DNA of 64,000 nt, taken from Promethearchaeota archaeon Loki_b32 (GTDB lineage: Archaea; Asgardarchaeota; Lokiarchaeia; Sigyniarchaeales; SOKP01). Below are positions 10,912 to 21,560 of the stretch, one piece after another (within the stretch, counting starts at the first letter, position 1; every line of letters begins with the position of its first letter). The notes beneath the pieces were generated by a model, which made no database searches, was not told the origin of the DNA, and worked only from the letters and a program-made list of their open reading frames with translations. The position numbers were made by a program, and so were the translations under genes. Where the stretch lies: the NCBI GenBank assembly GCA_005223125.1, contig NJBH01000011.1, positions 43,570-107,569 on the forward strand, written 5' to 3'.

Positions 10912-12081
10912 TTATTGTGGAACTGCCTTAACTTGTTTAGTTCTTCTTTTTTTCCTGAACATATTGATATTAGTCTCAATTTGTTCCCGATTAGGATCTT
11001 TTTCCAACTGTTCTTGGATATGATTTAACATCTCTTCTTGAGACACTCCTATCTGATTGAAAAAGGCGGTGACTTCTCTATGCTTAAATTTATTTTCAAG
11101 AATTAAGGGTGCAGATATTTTCAAAGTTCTTACCCATTTTTTTCGTTCTTCGGGATTTTGGCGTACAAGCTCAGCATATTGGTATGCATAGAGAATTCCA
11201 CTGTATCGATTGAAATCATAGAAGGTTGCGGCATGGACCACGTTGCAATTAGTAAGGAGCGGATCGGCATGTCCCCTTTTGATATAATTTTTAGATTCAA
11301 CAAGTTCAATAATATCTTGTTCCCGATATGGTATTACATGGTAAGGAAGTAAGACTCGTGGAAGGTCTCCATTTTCAATCTCTTCGTCAGTTAAATACCA
11401 TTGATTATCACTATCATCAAAGAATGGAGTATCGAGAATTTCGGGTTTCCATTCTTTTATGACCTCCTCTTGAGGCATTTCATAAAAGTATCTGAAGATC
11501 TGGTCCGGTGAATATCCAAATAGCACATAAGGAATCTCTCTTCTTATCGCTTCTTTCACCACGATACTATGAATCAAGTCAGAACAATAATCGCAGATAT
11601 ACCGTGCTAAGAATGTTTCATTCGAATTATGGTTAAAAAAGTGGTATTTATATAACTTGGTAAAGGTGGGTATACATTCTTCAATTAGTACATGATCCAC
11701 ATTTATTTGAGTTAGAGTATCTTTCATATTATCCTTAGCAATATCTGTCATAAAACCTGTATCTGAAGTTACTGCTAGAGGGTTCAATCCCAAATCATTT
11801 ACCAGATGATCTAAAAGAGCTGTAGAATCTTTTCCACCTGAATATCCTAAAATGCAATCATAGGGTATCTTTCCATGATTTTGCTGCATTTGTACCACAA
11901 CTATATTCCAGTTTTCGAGGGCAGTTTGTCTTCTCTCAGTACCAATTACTTTACGAGACCAATTAATATTTTTATGGTCAGGATCGCTACAAAAATCGCA
12001 CATACCCTCAGGATTTAAATTAACCCCCAAAAATCCATCAGGAAGAATGCATTTAATACATATTTTTTGTTGTTCAATCAT
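10912..12081 (-). CDS. PP-loop ATPase, N-acetyl sugar amidotransferase (WbpG-like) family
   Basis: N-terminal CIKC...CDFC, YDCILGYSGGKDS, CDYC. Confidence 0.75.
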   Translation of the reverse strand: MIEQQKICIKCILPDGFLGVNLNPEGMCDFCSDPDHKNINWSRKVIGTERRQTALENWNIVVVQMQQNHGKIPYDCILGYSGGKDSTALLDHLVNDLGLNPLAVTSDTGFMTDIAKDNMKDTLTQINVDHVLIEECIPTFTKLYKYHFFNHNSNETFLARYICDYCSDLIHSIVVKEAIRREIPYVLFGYSPDQIFRYFYEMPQEEVIKEWKPEILDTPFFDDSDNQWYLTDEEIENGDLPRVLLPYHVIPYREQDIIELVESKNYIKRGHADPLLTNCNVVHAATFYDFNRYSGILYAYQYAELVRQNPEERKKWVRTLKISAPLILENKFKHREVTAFFNQIGVSQEEMLNHIQEQLEKDPNREQIETNINMFRKKRRTKQVKAVPQ

Positions 12082-12146
12082 TAAATCACAGTTTTTTACA
12101 AAATTTTATTCCTAGTTGTAATGAACGTATTTAAAGGAAAAATAGG

Positions 12147-13803
12147 TCCATTTTTTTGATTGGATACAAAATTCAGTGATGGTGAATTGATCTGATCATA
12201 ATTTGCACCATAATCATTGAGAATAAGAATTTCCCAAAGGGAATGAATTGGAACACCTTGATTTCCGATGGAAAATAATTTAGAGATGGCGAAAGATTTA
12301 TAGGGAGCTTTTCCCTTAATATAATTATGCTAGTAACCAAATTAAGAGAAAGATTAGCTCCCATTAAGATAGAACAACCCACCCTAAATAAATTTTTTCC
12401 TAATTTACCTAAACTTAAAAATAATAGTCTACTGGCAGAATTGGAAAGGAGAGAAGCATTATCTAATGATAAAGGATATACGATAAGATTGAGAAGGAGT
12501 GGAATGATATATATTAAAGAAACACATTGCCTTACATGTGGTTCCCGATTGATTAAAAATGGATATAATGACAGGATTGCGATTTTAGATAATGGGCTAG
12601 GGAAACATGAGTTTCGCATTCAGAGAAAGCGTTGTCCTAGATGTGGAGAAATCAAACCTGACTATTCGAAGATTGTGCCAAAATATGGCAATTACCATGA
12701 GAATTATAGACGAAGGGCACGACAACATTATATGGAAGGATTGATGCCCTCTCAAATTCAACGAGTGTTCAAAATTGATTTTGGTATAGAGACTTCATTA
12801 ACCACTCTTGTTAATTGGATAAATGGGGTTGCCAAACCACTTAGAAAGACATTAAAAGAGACCCCCGTGCCATCTAGTGGATATTGGGGATATGACGAGA
12901 TCCATTTAAGAATTAACAAAGAAAGGATGTATGCCATTGATACTGTGGATGTGAACACCCGATTTGTTCCAGTGGCTAAAATTTCACCTAATATGGGGCG
13001 CAATGAGGGAAGAGAAGTGTTAATGGAGGGAAGGAGGGGTAAAAACCTGTGGATAAATGGATTAATGAAAGATTGTACCACAAACTTAGGCAGACTCTTT
13101 AAAACTAAAAGTTTTAAGCATATAATTCAACAGAATTGCTTAACACATGTAAAGTGGACAGTTTCTAAGCATGTGAAAGCGTTTGCGGGATTGTCTAAAC
13201 AATCAAAAAAACCTGTACCTAAAGAATGGCGCTGGCTCTTGAAACGATTCTATGATCTAATTGATTCTAAAGATGAGACAGATGCGTATATTAAATTAGA
13301 GATCATACGTAGAACAGTGGAACGATTGAAAGGAAAGAAATTAAAAGAGCTTCATACTGCATTAAAGCAGCTGGAATCATGGTTTCCGAAAATTATTGCC
13401 CATCAACGGAATCCCTTCATATCAACCACGAATAACCTCTTAGAAGCGTTCCATAAGAAATATACCTATTATCCATCGTTTAAACGGAGCATGATGACTC
13501 CTGAAGGAGCGCAGAGAGTACTTGATTATCGTGTATTTAGACACAATTTTGGTGAATTTCCCGAATATAAAAAGTTGTTACAAACAAAGTATGAAAACTT
13601 CAAGATAATTTTAACAGAAATTCCTGATGGTCGAGTAATGGGAGGGCACCATCATTATTTTAAGAGCGAATTTAGAAAATTTGATAAGTGGTACGGAAAT
13701 TACCAACAACTTTGGCACGAGTATTTCGCAATTTTTTAAGAAAATGGGCTTTGGAAAGATTTAAATCATATCACTGGGTTTTGTAACTACCCAAAAAAAT
13801 GGA
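12147..13803 (+). mobile_element. Insertion sequence with 34-bp imperfect terminal inverted repeats
   Basis: 12147-12180 and the reverse complement of 13770-13803 match at 28/34 positions and enclose the transposase; no target duplication seen. Confidence 0.75.
12327..13739 (+). CDS. DDE transposase with N-terminal Zn finger and CxxH motif (Mutator/IS256-like or ISL3-like lineage)
   Basis: CLTC...CPRC; HTH; YWGYDE (D1), MKDC (D2), QNCLTH, TNNLLE (E). Confidence 0.85.
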   Translation: MLVTKLRERLAPIKIEQPTLNKFFPNLPKLKNNSLLAELERREALSNDKGYTIRLRRSGMIYIKETHCLTCGSRLIKNGYNDRIAILDNGLGKHEFRIQRKRCPRCGEIKPDYSKIVPKYGNYHENYRRRARQHYMEGLMPSQIQRVFKIDFGIETSLTTLVNWINGVAKPLRKTLKETPVPSSGYWGYDEIHLRINKERMYAIDTVDVNTRFVPVAKISPNMGRNEGREVLMEGRRGKNLWINGLMKDCTTNLGRLFKTKSFKHIIQQNCLTHVKWTVSKHVKAFAGLSKQSKKPVPKEWRWLLKRFYDLIDSKDETDAYIKLEIIRRTVERLKGKKLKELHTALKQLESWFPKIIAHQRNPFISTTNNLLEAFHKKYTYYPSFKRSMMTPEGAQRVLDYRVFRHNFGEFPEYKKLLQTKYENFKIILTEIPDGRVMGGHHHYFKSEFRKFDKWYGNYQQLWHEYFAIF

Positions 13804-13981
13804 TGCTTACAAAATTAAGTGATACTGAGGGATGGTAATTGCAAATTTTCTCTCTATAAGCATTAGTAACAGCTTGAATGAAGACAATTATTCTAAAAAA
13901 AATAATTTTTGAGATAATTGAGAATTTTAAAAAAAAAAATAAAGTGTAATTTAAATTAATTCTTGGAATTTTATAAGATAT

Positions 13982-15919
13982 TTATTCCCCTGTAATTGCT
14001 CGTCTCCTTTTACGCAAAGCAAATATTGCTATACCAACTCCTACTACACCGGCTATTGACACAACAATAATTACGATCATTATGACATTATCAGAAGGAC
14101 CTGTATCCACTAATTCAACTATAAGTGTATTTTGTTCCTCAATATTATCTACTTCATCGATTGCTTGATACGAGATAAGAATATCGCCATATGTATATTG
14201 AGATAAGTTAAAGGGGGTACTATACTCAAACCAATCGGAATCATTAAATTTATATCTAATCACAGACACACCAGATCCACCCCCATCATCAGCGGTTAAT
14301 GTAAAAGTTGTCGATTTATTCACCATATTAGGTTCTTTATGTACAATGTATGATATCGATGAGGTTGGCGCAATAGTATCTTTACGGACAGTTACTTCAG
14401 CATACCCCTCATTACCTAAGGTATCATTCCCAGAGAATCTAATGGTCACCGTGCCATCTCCTTTCTTGTCCCATTCTGTTTGATTGATTATTCCAGTTAA
14501 TCCGCTAAATATAATATTGGTTATTCCTCCATCTAAAGTATACCAAGTAGTTTTTAATAACGGTTCAATAATGGAAATATTGAAGTTTGGGCTTACACTT
14601 CCAATAAATTCATTTGGAGTAGGAGAATTTATTATAATGGTTGGAACTACATCGTCGATGAATGTATACATTATCTCATAATCGGTACCCCACGGACCAG
14701 CAGTATCATCATCCCACACCACATGAACGTTTCCTAGACTATCTACTGCAATTGAAGGGTAACCACTATAACCATCATTCCAATATACACCCCCAAATCC
14801 ATCGGAGATCACTGTCGCATTAGACCACCCAGCTGAAGAAGAATAGTTCACATACATTATCTCTGAATCGGTACCCCATGGACCATCAGTATAATCATAC
14901 CATACCACATGAACGTTTCCACTATTATCTATAGCAATTGAAGGGCATTCACTCCAGCCATCATTCCAATATACACCCCCAAATCCATCCGAAATTACTG
15001 TCGCATTAGACCACCCAGCTGAAGAAGAATAATTCACATACATTATCTCAGTATCAATTCCCCATGGACCATCAGTATAATCATACCATACCACATGAAC
15101 GTTTCCATTATTATCCACCGCAATTGAAGGCCTCTCACTATTACCATCATTCCAATATACACCCCCAAATCCATCCGAAATTACTGTCGCATTAGACCAT
15201 CCAGCTGAAGAAGAATAATTCACATACATTATCTCAGTATCAATTCCCCATGGACCAACAGTAAGATCCTCCCATACCACATGAACGTTTCCATTATTAT
15301 CAATGGCAATTGAAGGGTAATAACTATTACCATCATTCCAATATACACCCTCAAATCCATCCGAAATTACTGTCGCATTAGACCATCCAGCTGAAGAAGA
15401 ATAATTCACATACATTATCTCTGAATCGGTACCCCATGGACCATCAGTATAATCATGCCATACCACATGTAAATTCTCGCTATTATCAATGGCAATTGAA
15501 GGGTAACAACTATCACCATCATTCCAATATACACCCCCAAATCCATCCGAAATTACTGTCGCATTAGACCACCCAGCTGAAGAAGAATACTTTACATACA
15601 TTATTTCATCATCGGTACCCCATGGACCAGCAGTAGGATCCCACCATACCACATGAACGTTTCCATTATTATCAATGGCAATTGAAGCGTCATAACTATA
15701 ACCATCATTCCAATATACACCCCCAAATCCATCCGAAATTACTGTAGCATTGGCATAATTCGAAGAACTTGTTTTAACAGTAATAGATTCACCAAAACCA
15801 CCAATTTTATATGGAGGTTCCGATATATCAAATTTAACTATCGAAAAAACACCGAAAATGAATACTAGATATATTAAAATAGATATGGATCTAACTTTAT
15901 GTTTCATTTTTTTATTCAA
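13982..15919 (-). CDS. Cell-surface protein: signal anchor, 6-blade beta-propeller repeats, two Ig-like domains, C-terminal TM and basic tail
   Basis: Six 62-aa repeats NATVISDG...PSIAxDxxGNVHVVW...EIMY; DDVVPTIII and DTIAPTS Ig-like starts; TM then RKRRR. Confidence 0.85.
   Translation of the reverse strand: MNKKMKHKVRSISILIYLVFIFGVFSIVKFDISEPPYKIGGFGESITVKTSSSNYANATVISDGFGGVYWNDGYSYDASIAIDNNGNVHVVWWDPTAGPWGTDDEIMYVKYSSSAGWSNATVISDGFGGVYWNDGDSCYPSIAIDNSENLHVVWHDYTDGPWGTDSEIMYVNYSSSAGWSNATVISDGFEGVYWNDGNSYYPSIAIDNNGNVHVVWEDLTVGPWGIDTEIMYVNYSSSAGWSNATVISDGFGGVYWNDGNSERPSIAVDNNGNVHVVWYDYTDGPWGIDTEIMYVNYSSSAGWSNATVISDGFGGVYWNDGWSECPSIAIDNSGNVHVVWYDYTDGPWGTDSEIMYVNYSSSAGWSNATVISDGFGGVYWNDGYSGYPSIAVDSLGNVHVVWDDDTAGPWGTDYEIMYTFIDDVVPTIIINSPTPNEFIGSVSPNFNISIIEPLLKTTWYTLDGGITNIIFSGLTGIINQTEWDKKGDGTVTIRFSGNDTLGNEGYAEVTVRKDTIAPTSSISYIVHKEPNMVNKSTTFTLTADDGGGSGVSVIRYKFNDSDWFEYSTPFNLSQYTYGDILISYQAIDEVDNIEEQNTLIVELVDTGPSDNVIMIVIIVVSIAGVVGVGIAIFALRKRRRAITGE
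14665..15751 (-). repeat. Six tandem 186-bp coding repeats
   Basis: TACATTAT recurs at 14667, 14853, 15039, 15225, 15411 and 15597. Confidence 0.95.
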
Positions 15920-16192
15920 CTCTTATATAGACAATAAATATTGTAATTAATAAGCCTACAAAATATTAGGCTTAGGCATTGAAATTTTAATGTCGATAAT
16001 TTTATGTTATAGTAATTCAAATTTAAATATTTTTATATTTTTGTCAAATTTGAGGTGGTATTTAAAAAAGGAGTATTTTATTTTGGTATATCTCTCATCA
16101 CTGAATTTTGCACCCACCCGGGTTTTTTTCTTTAAATAGAAATAGTCCGGTATAATCTCAATATTTTAATTAATATCTGATGAGAGAATATA

Positions 16193-17350
16193 ATGGTTCA
16201 AGTAGTTGAAAAAATAGATATTGACCATGTAAAAATAAAAGAATCATACAATCTATGTGAAATTAAGGAAGCATTAGAATGTCTACTTTATGTCCCTGAT
16301 ATTCTGGTAAAGTCCAAAGTAATTTCTGAGCTTCTACGATATATAGAATCTGGATTTTCAGATCCAAATTATACCATTATCCCGTTTATAGGTTATTATA
16401 ACTCAGAGATGGTTGGATTTGTTGTTGCTCACATTGATCCTTATTATACAAGCTATAGTCGAAAAATTGGAACATTCGGATGGCTTCATGCCGATACATT
16501 AGATGTATGTAGAGCGTTGATGAGGGAATGTAAGAGGGTCCTTAAGGAAAATAGAATAAGAAAGATCAGAGGAAGCATTAACTTTCCTAAAAACTTGGGA
16601 GGTTTTGGTATTCAATTTAAAGGGTTTGAGGAGCAAATACTTTATGGTGTGGCTTATAGCGATCCTAATTCGCAAACAATAGATTATTTAGGTTCACTCG
16701 GATTTCAAAGAGAATCAGAATATTCATGTGTGTATGTCGCCCAGAAAACTTGGAACAAAGGAAAACAAATTGATAAGAATATTGAGTTTAGGTACGTATC
16801 ATTAAAGGACCTATATGACTATGCTGATGAAATACGAGACCTTGCAAATAACTCCTTTCATGAAATATTACCTGATGCATCAGGAAGGAATAGGATTATC
16901 GAATTTTATAAAGCTTTTGAGGAAATTCCCCGATCTTTTTATAAAATTAATACCAATTTCAACCCACATTTATATTCTGATGTTCCCCAATTTATCGAGG
17001 CATGGGAAACGTGTGATCTTAACAGAATAGAGCCGTTTGCCCCAATGGCATTTGACAAAAAAACGGGAGAATTAGTCGGAATATTGTTAGGTTTGCCTGA
17101 TTTATTTGAAGCTTGGAAGGGTAAAGCGATTACACGATGTAACGTAGATACTGCAATGGTAAAGGAGGGATACTTTGGAAAAGGGATCTTCTCAGCTCTT
17201 AATAATATTGGGCAATTAACATGTAGTTTATATGGTGTAGATTATTTTGAAGGAACAGCAATCTGGACAAACAATTCGCGCGCAATTGACACAATCTTTC
17301 CTCATTGTGAACCAATTAGAAAACATTATGTAATGCAAAAAAGGTTGTAA
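16193..17350 (+). CDS. GNAT-fold N-acetyltransferase (YghO-like)
   Basis: GTFGW...IRGSINF; C-terminal VKEGYFGKGI...IWTNN. Confidence 0.7.
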   Translation: MVQVVEKIDIDHVKIKESYNLCEIKEALECLLYVPDILVKSKVISELLRYIESGFSDPNYTIIPFIGYYNSEMVGFVVAHIDPYYTSYSRKIGTFGWLHADTLDVCRALMRECKRVLKENRIRKIRGSINFPKNLGGFGIQFKGFEEQILYGVAYSDPNSQTIDYLGSLGFQRESEYSCVYVAQKTWNKGKQIDKNIEFRYVSLKDLYDYADEIRDLANNSFHEILPDASGRNRIIEFYKAFEEIPRSFYKINTNFNPHLYSDVPQFIEAWETCDLNRIEPFAPMAFDKKTGELVGILLGLPDLFEAWKGKAITRCNVDTAMVKEGYFGKGIFSALNNIGQLTCSLYGVDYFEGTAIWTNNSRAIDTIFPHCEPIRKHYVMQKRL

Positions 17351-17506
17351 TTTTTCTCTTTATTTTGAATTGTTATTAAAAAAAAATCAAGAATTTAATA
17401 AGTAGAGTTTCAAATCACTAACTTTCACCTTATCTTAAATATGGTTTTAATTAAATAGAAAGTATCCTAAATAATCTCTATCACAATTTTTTCTTACTGA
17501 AATATT

Positions 17507-18646
17507 ATGGTAGAAAAAGCAATAGAACAAGCGCAACAACGTTCATCAGATGATATTCTATATATTAAAGCTGATATTCTCAAGAGTTTTATGAAAGATG
17601 TTTTTATAAGTCTCAAAGTTCCAGAACAACATGCTGAAATTATTGCAGATGTACTTATAACATCAGATTTAGAAGGCATTGACTCTCATGGAATCCAGCG
17701 ATGTAAAATGTACTATGATCGGATACGAGAGGGAATTTATAATCCTAAAACAGAGATAGAAATTGTTAATGATAACAAATCTACTGCCGTTATTGATGGA
17801 AAATGTGGTATGGGACATGTAATTGCTTATAAAGCTATGAAATTAGCAATTGAAAAAGCAAAAAAATACGGTCTTGGTGCTGTAGCAGTTCGCAATAGCA
17901 CTCACTTTGGGATTGCCGGATATTATTCACTAATGGCAATAAAAGAAGGAATGATAGGTTTTGTTACTACAAATACACGACCATCAGTTCCACCTACATT
18001 TGGTGTTGAGCCAATGTTGGGTACAAATCCTCTAACATACGGAGCACCTACTGATGAGAGTTTTCCTTTTTTATTAGATTGTGCTACATCAATTATTCAA
18101 AGAGGTAAAGTGGAGGTTTATAATCGTATTCACAAACCACTTCCAAGTGGAGTAATCATTTCTAATAATGGTAATTCTAAAACAGATCCTAATGTAGTTT
18201 TAGATAAATTGGTTAAACGTTCTGCTGCATTATTGCCTCTAGGAGGCGAAGGTGAGGATACTTCTGGTCATAAAGGATATGGATATGGTACTTTTGCGGA
18301 GATCTTATCTTCAGCATTACAAGATGGAGTATATCTTAAAGACACTGCAGGGGTCATTGAAGATGGTCAAAAAAAGTTAAAAGTAGGACATTTCTTCTTA
18401 GCTATTAATATCCAAAATTTCATTCCAATTGAGAAATTTCAGAATATATCTGGTAATATCATGCGAGATTTGAGAAGTTCTAAGAAAGCGCCAGGGAAAG
18501 AAAAAATCTACACTGCCGGGGAAAAAGAATATAATACTGAAGCTGAAAGAAGAAAAAATGGTATTCCGGTAAATAAAAGCATACAAAAAGATATTAAAAC
18601 TATGCAAAACGAACTGGGATTGAATAATTATAATTTTTCATTTTAA
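17507..18646 (+). CDS. Ldh_2 family (malate/L-lactate/sulfolactate) dehydrogenase
   Basis: GIDSHG, RNSTHFG, GTNP, HKGYG. Confidence 0.9.
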   Translation: MVEKAIEQAQQRSSDDILYIKADILKSFMKDVFISLKVPEQHAEIIADVLITSDLEGIDSHGIQRCKMYYDRIREGIYNPKTEIEIVNDNKSTAVIDGKCGMGHVIAYKAMKLAIEKAKKYGLGAVAVRNSTHFGIAGYYSLMAIKEGMIGFVTTNTRPSVPPTFGVEPMLGTNPLTYGAPTDESFPFLLDCATSIIQRGKVEVYNRIHKPLPSGVIISNNGNSKTDPNVVLDKLVKRSAALLPLGGEGEDTSGHKGYGYGTFAEILSSALQDGVYLKDTAGVIEDGQKKLKVGHFFLAINIQNFIPIEKFQNISGNIMRDLRSSKKAPGKEKIYTAGEKEYNTEAERRKNGIPVNKSIQKDIKTMQNELGLNNYNFSF

Positions 18647-18659
18647 TTTACAGTAGATA

Positions 18660-20099
18660 TCAAAAGAAGATTCCTTTTTTTTGTTCTTCAATTGGCTCAG
18701 AATGAAGAAAGATCGTATCTAAATTATCAATCCCCAATTTATCTCTTATTTTAGTTTCTAATTCAGAAATATATTCATGAGCTTGTGAAATATTTAATGA
18801 ACCATCAAAAAATACATGAAGCTCTAAAACACAATAATCTAATGTGGCCCAAAATTCTAATTCATGATATCCCTTAACATGAGAATGAGCTCTTAAAACT
18901 TCTTCTACATTCTCGCTTATTTGTTGTATCATTTCTGGTCCTACATCCGCACATTTTATTTGATCTGGTATAGAAACTTCACTTTGAGTATGACCTTCTA
19001 TATGTGTGATAACTCTTGATATAAGAGGTGCTTGTTTTTTTATCTCATCTTCAAAATGAGAGGATAGCTTATGAGCTTCCATAAGTGAAAGCTTTTCATC
19101 GACCAACACAACTAAAGAAATAAAGTATTCATTTTTAATACGAAAAATGTTAAGATCTTTAAAGTTTATTATTTTTGGGTATTCAGATTTCATTGAGAAA
19201 ATCAAATTTATTAATCCTTCACCAATTGATTTTTCACTTGCTATAGGATTCATCTCAACGATACAATCCACTTCATATAGAGGAAAGATCTTTTCATTCA
19301 TGGTTCTTATGGACTTAATAATTTCATTGGCATGGACAATAGAAATATGATCCTCCACAGATAAATGTACCTCTAAAAATAATGATTTACCACTCGTTCG
19401 TATTTTTATATCATGTACACCAATAACATGATCTAAAACAAAGATTTTTTGCCTTAATTCTTCAATAATTAATAAATTTATAGGATTTGTATCAGTAAGT
19501 TCTTTTACTCCTGTTTTGGCTAATTTAAATGCTCCAAATATAATCCAAATAGATATTATTATACTAAGTACAGGATCGACAAATGATACATTAAAAAAAG
19601 CAAATATAAGACTTAATATTACAATAATTGCTCTCATTGAATCTTGAAACAGATTTAACCCTTGAATCTCCATAGTCAAGCTTTTTTGTTGTTTTCCTTT
19701 TGAAATAAGAATTCTTGAGAATACCAAATTAACCATAAAGGAGATTATTAATATAATTAAACCAATTTCTGGGTTTACAATTTCATATTTACTTGTCAAT
19801 ATTGCTTGAATAGCGTTGTAAATTAATAAAACATAAATATTCATTAGGATGATTCCTTGAATTAGGGCACCTAAAGAATCTGTTTTCTTATGACCATACA
19901 TATGTTCATAATCCGCAGGTTTTTGACTGTGATACAAAGAATATAAAGTTATACAGACGAATAATATATCAGTAAGAGTATCTGCTGTCTCAGAGAGAAA
20001 ACTTAAACTCCCGGTAATTAAAACACCAATTACTTTTAATAAAGACTGAAAAAGCACTACAAAAACAGTTAAAAATCCAAATTTGATTTTAATATCCAT
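18660..20099 (-). CDS. Cation diffusion facilitator with three tandem C-terminal ZT_dimer-like domains
   Basis: KPADYEHMYGH; three repeats of the LxxAH...HxE pattern. Confidence 0.85.
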   Translation of the reverse strand: MDIKIKFGFLTVFVVLFQSLLKVIGVLITGSLSFLSETADTLTDILFVCITLYSLYHSQKPADYEHMYGHKKTDSLGALIQGIILMNIYVLLIYNAIQAILTSKYEIVNPEIGLIILIISFMVNLVFSRILISKGKQQKSLTMEIQGLNLFQDSMRAIIVILSLIFAFFNVSFVDPVLSIIISIWIIFGAFKLAKTGVKELTDTNPINLLIIEELRQKIFVLDHVIGVHDIKIRTSGKSLFLEVHLSVEDHISIVHANEIIKSIRTMNEKIFPLYEVDCIVEMNPIASEKSIGEGLINLIFSMKSEYPKIINFKDLNIFRIKNEYFISLVVLVDEKLSLMEAHKLSSHFEDEIKKQAPLISRVITHIEGHTQSEVSIPDQIKCADVGPEMIQQISENVEEVLRAHSHVKGYHELEFWATLDYCVLELHVFFDGSLNISQAHEYISELETKIRDKLGIDNLDTIFLHSEPIEEQKKGIFF

Positions 20100-20407
20100 C
20101 TCTCAACAGTTTTTAATGAGTATTGAATTTTTAATTTATTAGAAATTAATAATAAAAAAGGTTTATAAATAATTATCTTTAACTAAAATCTACTCATCGT
20201 AGATATTACATATTGGAAATTTCATGCTTTTTTTAAGTTTTAAAACAAAAAGTCATTTTATTAAATCAAATAACTAAATAGACATTTATGTTGATAATAT
20301 TTTAGTATTTTCACTCTTTTTAAAAATTGGACTAATGAAGTTATAAATGAAGTATTTATTTTCTATTAATTATACAAATTTCAGCAATTTAAAAGTAAAA
20401 GAAAATT

Positions 20408-21526
20408 ATGGTGGATCATAAGAATTCCAAGTTTGTAGATCGGACTTTGAATAAGGTTGACCCAAAAATGGCAAAAATTTTCATGCCTTGGATTTTAAAA
20501 CATCCAAAAAGTATGTATACAATGTTACGATTAGCAAAGGCATATAGAAAATCTCGTAATAAAAGGGCTGAAGAATTTCTTAAGGGTCTAAAAGTACCTC
20601 CATTCTTGATTTTAAGTATTACATCAAATTGTAATCTTAAATGTGCTGGTTGTTACGCTGCTGCAACAGGAACACTATCTAACCAAAAAACTAATAATAA
20701 TTTAGATTTAGAAAAGTGGGAACAAATTATTCAAGAAGCAAGGGAATTAGGAGTATTTGCTTTTATAATAGCAGGTGGTGAACCTTTCTTAATGCCAGAT
20801 TTATTAAAAATATGTGAGAAAATCAAAGATAGATTATTTTTAATATTTACAAATGGAACAATCTTAAAAAATAAAGATATTGAAAAGTTAATACGATTAA
20901 GAAATACAATAATTATTGTAAGCATTGAAGGAGATCAGTATTTGACTGATAAACGCAGAGGAACGGGGGTTTATGAAAAAATAATTAACACATTAGACGA
21001 ATTAAACAGCAAGGGAGTTATTAGTGGCATATCAGTAACAATTAACCGAAATAATGTTAAGTTTTGGATGGATTCGAATAATATTGATGATTTAATATCT
21101 AAGGGTATTCGACTTGCTTTCCTTCTGGAATATATTCCAGTAGATAACGATACCGAATTAATGCTCACTAAGGGAGAAAGTATTGCCTTTAGACAAAGAG
21201 TTTTAAATTTCCGTGAATCAAAACAAATATTTCTCATTCATTCACCTGGAGATGAGGTGTATATGGGGGGTTGTGTTTCAGCAGGTAGGGGATTTGCTCA
21301 TATCACACCTTCAGGAGATTTGACCCCTTGCCCAGTTTCTAATATTGCAACTCATAACTTATCTAAATCAACGTTAAGAGAAGGATTAAATAGTCAATTA
21401 TTTAAAATCATAAGGGAAAATGAGCATCTTTTAGAGACAAATGGATCTCCATGTGCTTTATTCTCTCACACTGAAGAAGTAAATGCAATTGTCAAAAAAG
21501 TAAAGGCGTACAGGACTAGTATTTAA
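20408..21526 (+). CDS. Radical SAM protein with SPASM/twitch domain
   Basis: CNLKCAGC, GGEPF, GCVSAGRG...GDLTPC. Confidence 0.9.
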   Translation: MVDHKNSKFVDRTLNKVDPKMAKIFMPWILKHPKSMYTMLRLAKAYRKSRNKRAEEFLKGLKVPPFLILSITSNCNLKCAGCYAAATGTLSNQKTNNNLDLEKWEQIIQEARELGVFAFIIAGGEPFLMPDLLKICEKIKDRLFLIFTNGTILKNKDIEKLIRLRNTIIIVSIEGDQYLTDKRRGTGVYEKIINTLDELNSKGVISGISVTINRNNVKFWMDSNNIDDLISKGIRLAFLLEYIPVDNDTELMLTKGESIAFRQRVLNFRESKQIFLIHSPGDEVYMGGCVSAGRGFAHITPSGDLTPCPVSNIATHNLSKSTLREGLNSQLFKIIRENEHLLETNGSPCALFSHTEEVNAIVKKVKAYRTSI

Positions 21527-21560
21527 AAAATTTGATAATTTTTATGTAAATCTGAAATAT

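Noticed and set aside
10912-12081. LarE candidate
   Set aside because: The N-terminal CxxC pairs and YDCILGYSGGKDS fit the WbpG-like amidotransferase family better.
14665-15751. CRISPR array or DGR
   Set aside because: The repeats are in-frame 186-bp coding units without spacers; no cas or RT genes; several variant codons violate adenine-only mutagenesis.
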